A stretch of DNA of 64,000 nt from Macrostomum hystrix (lineage: Eukaryota > Animalia > Platyhelminthes): assembly GCA_950097015.1 (NCBI GenBank), contig CATNEN010000035.1:1178001-1242000 (forward strand), written 5' to 3'. Positions 36,616 to 55,296 of the stretch are shown piece by piece (position 1 is the first letter of the stretch; every line of letters begins with the position of its first letter). A program made the translations under genes and the position numbers. The notes under the pieces are model-generated. The model was not told the DNA's origin. It saw only the letters and a program-made list of their open reading frames with translations, and ran no database searches.

Positions 36616-39150
36616 ATGGCCAGTATTGAAGCCAATCCTCCTATTCAACAACAAGAGTTTGTGTATCCAGTTTTCAATAACTATCAGCATGAGACAACAC
36701 CTTTGCTGGGGCGGTCAGCATTCCGTGAGGCCACGAAGGTGTTCTGGTACCGCTGGTACGTGCTGGGGGTGTATTGTCTCCTGGTGACAATGCAGGGCGC
36801 CGTTTGGAACCATTGGGGACCAATTTCAGACAGTGTGCAGGCTGCTTACAAATGGAGCGACGCCACCATCAGCCTGCTGCCATTCTGGGGTCCTGTCACC
36901 TACATCCTGGCCTTCTACCCGTGGACTCTGTTCATGCGCCGGCATGGCCTGCGCTACTCCGGTCTTGCATCGGCTGCCTTCGTAGCCGCTGGCTGCGCAC
37001 TGAAGGCGCTGCCATTCCGGTCAGATTTTCTGTTCACACTCATGTGCCACGCCTGTGGCATTCTTAATGGGCTAGCTGGGCCTTTTGCGACAGCCGCCGG
37101 CACCAAGCTGGCTGCCGAGTGGTTCCCCATGAACGAGAGAGTCACTGCTGTTGCCGTGGCAACCATGAGCCAGTCACTGGGTCCGACACTCTCCTTCCTA
37201 ATTGGTAATTGATTAGCTAGCCATTGTCAGTGAAATGACTAAGCATTGTTACACATATCTAAAAAACCTGAAGCCTAATTCACTGCCACATGAACGAATA
37301 ACTTACTATTCAGGCCAATTAGTTGTACAAGACGTGTCAGACGTAAACATGACAGCTCCGTTTGCAAATACAAAGTACAACGAGTCCTTAAGGTGAGTTC
37401 GCACATCCTGAACCGCGCAGAATCTTAAGAAGTGTGGATGCTGCACTTCGCACAAATTTTGCCCTAGGCTATAAATATTACTATTTATAAATTTATCAAA
37501 ACACCCATCAAACTAACATCCTTGTGCGAAAACGAAGCTCAGTCGCTTTTAAAGTGATTACTGAATATGGTTAAATGCAAGGGGGTGAGTGGCAGAGCGG
37601 TCTAACGCGTTTGCCTCTCGCACCAAGGTCCCTGAGTTCGATTCCGAGGTCACATTTATTTGGGGCGCAGCCACAGAGAGAAGGCTTGGGGGCTAGTCAT
37701 GTAATTTACACCCTTGAGGGCCAACCTCCAAGGTACAGTGAGAGTGTACACTGCCTGACGATGAGAAAGTCAGGTCAGATGTGCACCTCTGTGAGTGTGT
37801 GCATGCGTACAGCATCTGTGTACGTGTATGCTCAGGATTTAGTGAAATGGGCAGAATTGCCTCCTCGCTGGCTGCAGGTCTAGTGTCACCAAATGATGTG
37901 CCATTGCCCGCAGCCCTCCTGCAAATATTACTATTATTACATGTATCATTCGCGGAAGGGGGTCGGTGGCAGAGCGGTTAACGCGTTTGCCTCTCGCACC
38001 ACGGTCCCTAAGTTCGATTCCACGGCAAGGCCGCATTTATTTGGGGCGCAGCCACAGAGAGAAGGCTTGGGGGCTAGTCATGTAATTTACGCCCTTGAGG
38101 GCCAACCTCCAAGGTACAGTGAGAGTGTACACTGCCTGACGATGAGAAAGTCAGGTCAGATGTGCACCTCTGTGAGTGTGTGCATGCGTACAGCATCTGT
38201 GTACGTGTATGCTCAGGATTTAGTGAAATGGGCAGAATTGCCTCCTCGCTAGCTGCAGGATCTAGTGTCACCAAATGGTGTGCCATTGCCCGTAGCTCTT
38301 CTGCAATTATAATGTAATATAATATAATGGTCAAATGTACAATTAATTTGATTACACTTGTGATTGCAGAAACATTCGGCACCAGGTGACGTTGTACAAC
38401 TACGCCGACGTCGGCATCGCAGCACTGATTCTGCTGCTGATTGCGGTGTACTTTCCTAGTCGACCCAGACTGCCACCGAGCGTCTCCTCTCAGGTGAAGC
38501 GATCAGAGAACAGAGGCCTGCGCCATCTTGGTCTGAACACCTGGCTGGCCGTGCTGGCCTTCGGAATGCCCAACGGCATAACCAACTCGTACAGCGCAGT
38601 GTTCGACTTAAACATGAAAAACTTCAATGTCGATCAGGACGAGTCGGATTGGATCGGTGCTGCATCATCAGCGGCCAGCATGCTCCTCATTCTGTTGGCC
38701 GGCCGTCTGGTCGACTGTTTCCGAAGGCCGCGAATGGCAGCGATCAGTACTTGCCTATTGGTCGTGTCCAGCATGGCATTCATCTGGTTCACCGTCATCT
38801 GCGAGTGGCCCAAACACAGGACCACAGCAGGACTGTACATAGGCAACGTGCTGGGCATCGCCGCGCAAACTGCTACCACACCTCTGTTTTTCGAGCTGGC
38901 CTGTGAGAGTGCTTTTCCTGTTGGCGAAGAGACAACTACCATGGTTGTGACCACCTGCAGCAACGTCTTCTCCGCCGTGTTCCTTTTTATACTATTCTTC
39001 AAGCAGACTGGCACTCGCTGGATGAACTACGCATCCACGGCCTCGTGCGTGCTGGCTGTACCCCTGGTGGTTTGCTTCCGCGAAGTCTACCGGCGACGAG
39101 AGTACGACCTGAGGGCGGAGACAGTCACTGTAGGTAGCGTACAATCGTGA
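36616..39150 (+). CDS. SLC49A4: MFS transporter of the SLC49 family (DIRC2/SLC49A4-like), 3 exons: 36616-37204, 37314-37392, 38370-39150; 482 aa
   Basis: The N-terminus RWYVLGVYCLLVTMQGAVWNHWGPI...LLPFWGP resembles DIRC2; WFPMNERVTA and ELACESAFPVGE are SLC49 motifs. A 79-bp middle exon (TTCAG|...|GTGAGT) restores the frame, giving a 1449-nt CDS. Confidence 0.88.
37581..38325 (+). mobile_element. Two head-to-tail copies (377-bp offset) of a tRNA-derived SINE in intron 2
   Basis: Each has an A box TGGCAGAGCGG, a B box GTTCGATTCC, a near-identical body and an AT-rich tail. Copies start at about 37581 and 37958. Confidence 0.85.
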
Positions 39151-40669
39151 GGGCGCTCACAACCTGTACAACAATCCGACGTCGACTGATCGCTTTCCGA
39201 AGTCAAGCGACGTCGATGGCAAATAGGAACTTTTCAATTACGCAGACGAAATCCGACGAAACAAAAATGCGCGTAAACGTAAAAATATTTGGAAAAAACG
39301 TAGATGCAGAATTAGCTTGAAATTTGATCTTCAGTGCAATGTTCCCAATTGCCATCGACGTCGCTGGACGTCTGAAAATCTGCTTTCGGCCGATATCGGA
39401 TAGTTGTGCAGGCAACCTTCTGCTCTATCTCCACTAATTCCGTGTATCTCCCTGTACTAATCATTCAATAAGGTAAGTAGAGTTTATCTTCGAGTTTTTT
39501 CTATGTGTACATTTTCATAAAACTTATTGTTGAGCCAACTTTTTAAATTAAGTTCCTATAACAGGCAAATATTGAAGTTGTTCCTATAACAGGCAAATAT
39601 TGAAGTTGTTTTTAACTATTCCTATTGCATGCAGTCATGCAGTGTTTTTTTTCATGATTTTTTACTATTATAAAAGTTCAATACTTACTTCAACTCATAA
39701 GACTCAACAGAAAGGGAGTGAATGCGATCAGTCATAATCATAACTTTCGCGATACCGCTACGGGTATATCGGTAGAAGCAATAGCAGCATTGCTAGCTGT
39801 CCCTATGATATAATTAGTTCAAAGGGACTGTGAATATTCAAGTACGAGCTATTCAAACATATTTTTTGCTATCTAATTCCTCCTGTGCCATTTAATTTTT
39901 CTTGTGCGATGAAATATTGTCTTCGATTCTATTTTTTGAAGCAAAAAATCTTTCAACTAACAGATCAAATGAGCATTTATGTGTATACTGCGTAGATTGT
40001 TAGCGTAGTTGAATTTAAACCGGCGCTGGCTAAGCGTCGAGCGCAACCAGCAGTAACAGCGCACTTGCAAGCTTTTATATTTCGTGACACATAACGATAA
40101 AACGCTGACAATAAAATGATGTGAAAAGTTCTGGTACTAATGAAATGCTACCTAGAATCAAAATGTCTGGTAATCTGGTTATTGCAGGATTGCCTCACCA
40201 GAAACTCCACATTTTCTTACAATCAGAAGCAAATGTCATACATTTTAAACAACTGCAATAAATATAAATTTAGACACTGATTCAATCTGATGAGGATATT
40301 TAAACACAAAAGCAAACTAAGGCTATTAGTTATTTACTTTTTAAAGATTTCCGTGACACACGACTGCGACTAAAATTGCTGCAGGATTGCAGAAACCGCG
40401 CACAAGATAAATTGATGACAATCAAACTTTATGAAGAGTTCAGAGTTGCTGCAGTGCTAGTTGCCGATGCCAATTAGCAACTTGCTCTTTCCAGGCCCTT
40501 CTCGTCACTGATTGGCTCGTGACGCTTCTGCATGCTGCCGCATTCCCATTGCACGCATACTTAGTGACATGAAGGACTACTTTTAGTAGGCTCACTACGA
40601 GTACAGTATGCGACTGCTCCTGATTGTTGGATTTTTCGATTTGAAATTGCTTGCAGAAGTGCAATTGCA

Positions 40670-41500
40670 ATAATAATAAAAATAATAAGAAATAAATAAA
40701 TAAAATATTAATGGACCAGAAAAGGGGAAGCGCCAAAACGTGCGCATCAGGTGAAGCTCGCGAATATGCCCCGCTCTATCATCGGGGCTCACGCGTCAGC
40801 AAAAAGTAGATCGATGTAGCGGGCCGACCGTCCCTGTCCCTGTCCGCGCCTGCGCAGTCCCTGCGGAGCGGAGTCCACAGCAGCACGTCCAGCAGCATTT
40901 GGGCAGTGGGCTTCACACCTGTCCAAGCCAGCCGCAGGCGCCGCTGTCTCAGCAGGTCGGTCGTCTCGCTTCCTGGGCCCCGGCGGGCGCCAAACGCAGC
41001 ACGAAGCCGGGCGGGTGCGCCGCGTCAAGTTGCCTCGGTCAGCCTCCAGGTCAACGACCGCCTGGTAGAGCTGCGACCTGGCGCTGTCCGTCAGCGCGTC
41101 TGAGATCAACACCGTTCGCACTGATTAAAAGGCTTCCCAGGCCTTGCCGCGCCACCTTGCCAAATCGTTGCCCACGTCCGGCATGACTCCGCCAAAGTAA
41201 ACGAACTGGCCGCACCTCGGGTCCCGAAGCCGCTGTCGTCTCGAAGCAGAATCTCGGCAGGTAGATCGTGCTGCACCGTCATCACCTCGGCCTTCTGCGA
41301 ATTCACGAAGAGACCGATCGCAGTTGTAAGGCGCCGTTGGGCGCCTTTGGCCATTGAAGAAAGCAGTACTAGGTCGTCAACAATGCCGAGAGCGCAAAGC
41401 CTGTTGTCGGGGTGTCGTCGGCTTGAGCCGACACAGCAGACACCGTCGACCCCGTCGACATCACCGTTCCCGAATAAGACCAGGCAGTATTGTATCAGGA
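40670..41500 (-). mobile_element. Degenerate 5'-truncated RTE-like LINE
   Basis: It encodes ALGIVDDLVLLS (decayed ADD motif), IGLFVNSQKAEVM and RRRGQGQGRSARYIDLLFADA, and has a (TTTA)-type tail at 40670-40710. Confidence 0.7.
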
Positions 41501-42663
41501 AATCTATCAACATAGAATTTCTTAAGGACGCCTAGTTGAACGGACATTGTACCATGCAGGTGCTCTTCAATGCTAATTAGCCGTTGTAAATTCTTCATTA
41601 CATTCGATGACTTACAGGAATCGAAGTTTTTCATCTGGAAGTATGGCTGACCTTCTATGCACCATAGGTACTTTCGGTATGCTTCGGCCGCTCCTGCTTC
41701 TTGAATATCTGCCATAAATTTTTGCCTTTCCTCGCGTGTCGTACGTCTGAAGCAGCTATGTGGGGACTTTGAGTGGTCAAATATGCCTTCGGATTGAACG
41801 CAGAATAATCCGAATATAAGAATCATTATGGATCCGTGGATTTAGCATTGTAAACGTATATTGCCTGTTACATCCAGGAATTTTGCATTAGCACAAATCG
41901 TCCAAAAGTTGCTCCTTCGCTTCCTAGAGTTGGGAGTTCTAATGTGGTTGTACCCGCTAAATAGAAGTACGCAACTTGAAATCTCCCTCATGGCTCTACT
42001 CACGGCGTTGTTCGTGCTTTGCCGAGAAAATTCAAACTCATTTTCGACTAATTGAAGGCCAATATTCTGAGCATCTCTAATGGTTAGCTTTACTTCTTGA
42101 GCGCTCCCGTTTTCTGACTGGTCACAAATCAATGGCTGATGTTCAACGTATTCATTCATGGTTGTAGCACGCGACACTTTATCACTACCATCGTCTCGAT
42201 CACTAGCTCCATGACCTACTCCCAGCTCATTCTCACTATCACCAAGACTATTCTGATCTGATTCTGCAGGACTAGTATGTTCATTGGTTTCATCCTCTCT
42301 GACTGAACTATTCGAGTTCGATGTGGCCAGTCCAGCACCAGCAACAGACGGACCTTGGTCATCATTGGCCGGTGTACTAGATGTCTCCCTAGTGTAAAAC
42401 ACACTGATGTAAGTCCACAACATGCTTCGCTGACGTAGCCGGTTACGCATGGAAAGTCGGCGTAAAAGGTACTCGAAAAAGGGTGATGATTTTCTGTAAT
42501 CTCTCGGCCTATCAAATGCATCCGCTGCGTCTCGAATTGCAGTAGAAATCTGAAACACAGTACGTATATGGGCCGCTAAATAATCAATGAACATTCCATA
42601 AAAACTAATTGCATTGTCAGGAACCAGAGGAGAACATGCATAAAGCTCATCATACCTCATCAT
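41500..42663 (-). pseudogene. ~390-codon reading frame with one in-frame stop, possibly the N-terminus of a Mutator-like DNA transposase, cut at its 3' end by the RTE remnant
   Basis: ORFs 41842-42663 and 41461-41826 share a frame (QC*IHGSIMIL). A Cys/His cluster WTIC...C...C...FDH..PHSC is followed by RRTTREERQK. The family assignment is from impression only. Confidence 0.35.
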
Positions 42664-43080
42664 TTGTTGGTCGCCAAAAGCAACTGGCTGGCACAGAGTA
42701 TAGAACTAAACAGAGAATCAACTTCATTGAGCTTTTATAAAGTAATAATTAATAAAACTGATTAACTGGTGAAAAAAAACATTAAATTTACATACACTGC
42801 TTCAAATCAAGCGAAAAGTAGCCTAAAGTAGAAGTAAAGTTCTGTTGAAAAAAATAATTTTTAGTAGACAGGTTAATACTGCAGTGTAACTAGTTATAGT
42901 TAAAAACCTTTGCGATTACAACTTGAATACAAAGCGGCCATAGACAAAACTAAGTCTCTAATAGCTGACATAGAGAGCACCGCATATATTATTCTATATA
43001 TAGCTTTTGCCACTCAATCTCAGTGTTTTGTCATTCATACTCAGCCCCCATAGAATTAATCCAGCCAGTTGGCGCGGTTT

Positions 43081-43492
43081 GGCCCATAGACTATCGCTCT
43101 GTGCCATTGACATATAACCAAGTGTGTGTAAACGTCTCAAGCTCGTGTATAGTTTATGGCCCAAAGGCCATCAAAGAAATAGATTGAAGTGTGCAGTAAA
43201 TTCCGCAACTGTGCGGTAAATGATGCCCCACTTGATCTCCGTGCCATCCCTCTTCTGAGCTTATGCAGTAAATCCCAGACGGGTATTGTCTATGGGCCGA
43301 AGGAGCTGGTCTTGCGCACACACACTTGGTCATAAATCAATGCACTTATGCTAGGCTTCCTACAAGGACAACTTAATAACTTAAGAGTTATTAAGTTGTC
43401 CTTGGGCTTCCTAGTGCGTAAATAGTCTATGGCAATCGTGCGCTGCGCGCACTCGTGCCAAGACTATTTACGCACTCGGAAGCCTAGCATAA
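43081..43492. mobile_element. Cluster of interdigitated inverted repeats / nested palindromic MITE remnants
   Basis: IR pairs: 43081-43091 with 43288-43298 (GGCCCATAGAC); 43104-43129 with 43317-43342; 43346-43434 with 43456-43492; and a 42-bp palindrome at 43363-43404. Confidence 0.6.
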
Positions 43493-45069
43493 ATCTACCA
43501 TTCAATCTCGGTTTTTGATATTTACAACATACACGGTTACGTGATGTCGTGCTATCGTGAAGCAGGCAGTGGGTATCTGAAATAGCCCGTGATAGCGCAG
43601 TCTTTCTTCTGCTAATCCATGACTGTTGAATTCTATAGTTTTTTAACAAGAGAAATCGAACTTACCAAAAAGAACTCGCACAAAAGCATTTTTTGAAATA
43701 ATTGTTCTGTTCAACCGACTATTTGGCATAAGAAACGACCAAAAACGAAAGATGTTGTTTGTACTCGTATATTTTATTGATATATAAAAATAACCATCAG
43801 ATTCTAGATCTGTAGAATATATATAGAGATGCCAAGTTAATTAAAAAATATAATATATTGTTCGAATTTTGTGCGTTCTCAAGCAGGGACTAAAATTGAA
43901 ATAACTGAATACGAGTACACAAGAGTTCAAATATATTTCTAACAACTCGTTCCGGGAAACAATTTGCTAGCAGGCTCTGTAAAGTACATTTTCACGTGAC
44001 CAGACTGGCGCAAGACAAGTGCAACTAAAAATAGGCTAATCGATAAAAAAAGTAATCGATTTTCGTTGATCATTAAAAGTAGAAGGGGGTAATTCCCCCG
44101 CTGACAATTTTTGTGCTGCACCCGAATGGAACAATGCAAGCACAAGAAACTCAAGAACACGGGCCGACTTTTTGTTGCTCATCTTCCGAAACAAGAATCA
44201 AGTCGCCAGATTTTCAGTGCGTAGAGATATTCAATGGTTCTGGCCGAAGTTCAGATTTTTCCCATAAGCGCTAGTGTATTTCAAACACCCTATACACAAA
44301 TTAGCACTGCGCCTCAGTGCGGCCTTGCCAGGCCTTCATACTTAATCAGTATGTCACCCGCATGTGCCTGCATCATCGCCGTCTTCGGTGGTCACATACC
44401 TACCTATATCTAGACGGATTTGCTGGACCTTCAATGGCTACAGCAGGTGGAAATAGGCCACTATGGACACCCTGACGCGAATTTCTCCTATTTCACTGAT
44501 CAAGCCTAAATATTAGGCGCAGCTCAACCACAGTACACCATCGTCTAGTCTGTCAACCAATCAGTCACCACCCAACGCTGTTAGCATTCAGGGCGCTGCA
44601 AAAACATTGTTCAGGGGCATGTTGGTATAAAATCTGTTAACCAAAACATACAAAGCTATCAAGAAAATAGCACTTATAATTTGAAAATACAACAGAATAC
44701 ATATTTAGTCGCAAACAATCAGTAGCAGCTACACAGAAATCTACTAATCTGCTAATTCACAGGACACAGAGTTACGACTCGTGGCGTCTCTCCTTTTAAT
44801 CGCCGATAATTCCAAACTGAAGATGCCAAACAGCTCTTTAGATCCATCGACTAGACCTATCGAAGTTCACGACAGACTAAATGGCTTCCAACTGTGTGGA
44901 ACAAAGCACTGTGTGGAAACACATTACCAGCGAAAGTTGCAAATTAATACGAGAAAAAACACGAAAAAAATAAAATCAAGGTAGTAACAAGCCTCACAAA
45001 AAAAGAATACGTTAATTCATTTTGTAAAAATCTCTATGGTCTAAGCAGCTACTAAAAAAATAGATAGAT

Positions 45070-51166
<6,097 letters not shown>

Positions 51167-51979
51167 GTCTTGCGCTGACTGAAAAAAAACGATAATAAAA
51201 GTTAGTCTGAGAGCCTCTGTGACGTTAAGTGTGAGGTAATTATTTGTGTCACAAATGACACATTGCAAGCTCTTGTGAATGAAACAATCTCGAGAATAAA
51301 TAGCCGCGGAAGCCCCCACTATCGATGTGCATCGCCTTATCTAGCTTTAAAATTAAGCTGAGCAATTTCATTAATGTGGTGCAATCTCCGTGTGAAGTAA
51401 AGCAGAACTTATGCGAAACTTATTTTCTACTTTTATTTATTCATTCAGGTACTAGCTAGAGTTGAGGTTAATACTATCTAATCAGGAGCTGACTGGCATT
51501 TCAACTGCTGTACAGTGCTTGTGTACAAGGCTGACACTAACTTAGACTTAGCACAGCAAAGCCTGAACCCTGAGCGACTCTTGTAAGGTTTGCGATGACA
51601 CTCTTTTTGCTGACAGCAAATACGACTTTTTAATTCGTCTTTATTCCCCGATTGGCTCAGGAAGTTCTGTTTTGGTGCAATAACTGACTCAGTCTCAGCT
51701 ATTGCAACTGCTTGTGCAATACACAAAGCAGCATGAATTGGTTAAATCTCCGAAAAACTCTAAACATTAAGGAATAGAAAATTATTAACACTTGACATGT
51801 CCAATCGAGTTCCCAAACATTTTCTTGCTAGCTAAAAAACTGCAACTGAGATTTTTAAGGACAAAGAGTCTCTATCCAGAGCTTTATAGGGCATTACCTA
51901 TCTAGAGTGTAGAACACTGAAGGACAGTCTCTATCTAGACCACAGAGGGACATATTCTTCATCGACACCATTATCCACC

Positions 51980-54900
51980 CAGAACTGTCAGGGACACATT
52001 CCTATGCAGAGCTGTCAGGGACACATTCCTATGCAGAGCTGTCAGGGACACATTCCCATACAGAGCTGTCAGGGACACATTCCCATACAGAGCTGTCAGG
52101 GACACATTCCCATACAGAGCTGTCAGGGACACATTCCCATACAGACCTGTCAGGGACACATTCCTATGCAGAGCTGTCAGGGACACATTCCCATACAGAG
52201 CTGTCAGGGACACATTCCCATACAGAGCTGTCAGGGACACATTCCCATACAGAGCTGTCAGGGAAACATTCCTAATACAGAGCTGTCAGGGACACATTCC
52301 TATGCAGAGCTGTCAGGGAAACATTCCTAATACAGAGCTGTCAGGGACACATTCCTATGCAGAGCTGTCAGGGACACATTCCTATGCAGAGCTGTCAGGG
52401 ACACATTCCCATCCAGAGCTGTCAGGGACATATTCCCATCCAGAGCTGTCAGGGACACATTCCCATCCAGAGCTGTCAGGGACACATTCCCATCCAGAGC
52501 TGTCAGGGACACATTCCTATGCAGAGCTGTCAGGGAAACATTCCTATGCAGAGCTTTCAGGGACACATTCCTATGCAGAGCTGTCAGGGACACATTCCCA
52601 TCCAGAGCTGTCAGGGACACATTCCCATCCAGAGCTGTCAGGGACACATTCCCATACAGAGCTGTCAGGGACACATTCCCATCCAGAGCTGTCAGGGACA
52701 CATTCCTATGCAGAGCTGTCAGGGAAACATTCCTATGCAGAGCTTTCAGGGACACATTCCTATGCAGAGCTGTCAGGGACACATTCCCATACAGAGCTGT
52801 CAGGGACACATTCCCATCCAGAGCTGTCAGGGACACATTCCCATCCAGAGCTGTCAGGGACACATTCCCATCCAGAGCTGTCAGGGACACATTCCCATAC
52901 AGAGCTGTCAGGGACACATTCCCATGCAGAGCTTTCAGGGACACATTCCCATCCAGAGCTGTCAGGGACACATTCCTATGCAGAGCTTTCAGGGAAACAT
53001 TCCTAATACAGAGCTGTCAGGGACACATTCCTATGCAGAGCTGTCAGGGAAACATTCCTAATACAGAGCTGTCAGGGACACATTCCTATGCAGAGCTGTC
53101 AGGGACACATTCCTATGCAGAGCTGTCAGGGACACATTCCCATCCAGAGCTGTCAGGGACATATTCCCATCCAGAGCTGTCAGGGACACATTCCCATCCA
53201 GAGCTGTCAGGGACACATTCCCATCCAGAGCTGTCAGGGACACATTCCCATCCAGAGCTGTCAGGGACACATTCCCATCCAGAGCTGACAGGGACACATT
53301 CCTAATACAGAGCTGACAGGGACACATTCCTATGCAGAGCTGTCAGGGAAACATTCCTAATACAGAGCTGTCAGGGACACATTCCTATGCAGAGCTGTCA
53401 GGGACACATTCCTATGCAGAGCTGTCAGGGACACATTCCCATCCAGAGCTGTCAGGGACATATTCCCATCCAGAGCTGTCAGGGACACATTCCCATGCAG
53501 AGCTTTCAGGGAAACATTCCTAATACAGAGCTGACAGGGACACATTCCTATGCAGAGCTGTCAGGGAAACATTCCTAATACAGAGCTGTCAGGGACACAT
53601 TCCTATCCAGAGCTTTCAGGGAAACATTCCTAATACAGAGCTGACAGGGACACATTCCTATGCAGAGCTGTCAGGGAAACATTCCTAATACAGAGCTGTC
53701 AGGGACACATTCCCATCCAGAGCTGTCAGGGACATATTCCCATCCAGAGCTGTCAGGGACACATTCCCATCCAGAGCTGTCAGGGACACATTCCCATCCA
53801 GAGCTGTCAGGGACACATTCCCATCCAGAGCTGTCAGGGACACATTCCCATCCAGAGCTGACAGGGACACATTTCTAATACAGAGCTGACAGGGACACAT
53901 TCCTATGCAGAGCTGTCAGGGAAACATTCCTAATACAGAGCTGTCAGGGACACATTCCTATCCAGAGCTGTCAGGGACATATTCCCATCCAGAGCTGTCA
54001 GGGACACATTCCCATCCAGAGCTGACAGGGACACATTCCTATGCAGAGCTGTCAGGGACACATTCCTATGCAGAGCTTTCAGGGACACATTCCTATGCAG
54101 AGCTGTCAGGGACACATTCCCATCCAGAGCTGTCAGGGACACATTCCCATCCAGAGCTGTCAGGGACACATTCCTATGCAGAGCTGTCAGGGACACATTC
54201 CTATGCAGAGCTTTCAGGGACACATTCCTATGCAGAGCTGTCAGGGACACATTCCCATACAGAGCTGTCAGGGACACATTCCTATGCAGAGCTGACAGGG
54301 ACACATTCCTATGCAGAGCTGTCAGGGACACATTCCCATACAGAGCTGTCAGGGACACATTCCTATGCAGAGCTGTCAGGGACACATTCCCATCCAGAGC
54401 TGTCAGGGACACATTCCCATCCAGAGCTGTCAGGGACACATTCCCATGCAGAGCTTTCAGGGAAACATTCCTAATACAGAGCTGACAGGGACACATTCCT
54501 ATGCAGAGCTGTCAGGGAAACATTCCTATGCAGAGCTTTCAGGGACACATTCCTATGCAGAGCTGTCAGGGACACATTCCCATGCAGAGCTTTCAGGGAA
54601 ACATTCCTAATACAGAGCTGACAGGGACACATTCCTATGCAGAGCTGTCAGGGAAACATTCCTATGCAGAGCTTTCAGGGACACATTCCTATGCAGAGCT
54701 GTCAGGGACACATTCCCATCCAGAGCTGTCAGGGACACATTCCCATCCAGAGCTGTCAGGGACACATTCCTATGCAGAGCTGTCAGGGAAACATTCCTAT
54801 GCAGAGCTTTCAGGGACACATTCCTATGCAGAGCTGTCAGGGACACATTCCCATACAGAGCTGTCAGGGACACATTCCCATCCAGAGCTGTCAGGGACAC

Positions 54901-55296
54901 ATTCCCATCCAGAGCTGTCAGGGACACATTCCCATCCAGAGCTGTCAGGGACACATTCCTATGCAGAGCTGTCAGGGAAACATTCCTATGCAGAGCTTTC
55001 AGGGACACATTCCTATGCAGAGCTGTCAGGGACACATTCCCATACAGAGCTGTCAGGGACACATTCCCATCCAGAGCTGTCAGGGACACATTCCTATGCA
55101 GAGCTGTCAGGGAAACATTCCTATGCAGAGCTTTCAGGGACACATTCCTATGCAGAGCTGTCAGGGACACATTCCCATCCAGAGCTGTCAGGGACACATT
55201 CCCATCCAGAGCTGTCAGGGACACATTCCCATACAGAGCTGTCAGGGACACATTCCCAAGCAGAGCTTTTAGGGACACATTCCTATGCAGAGCTTT
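51980..55296. repeat. 27-bp satellite (some 28-bp units), ~122 copies, 3.3 kb
   Basis: The unit is AGAGCTGTCAGGGACACATTCC[TATGC/CATCC/CATAC]. Degenerate units occur at 51860-51980. Confidence 0.98.

Noticed and set aside
37581-37660. tRNA genes at the A/B-box sequences (also 11090 and 18840)
   Set aside because: No convincing cloverleaf or acceptor stem is present, and each continues into a shared SINE body.
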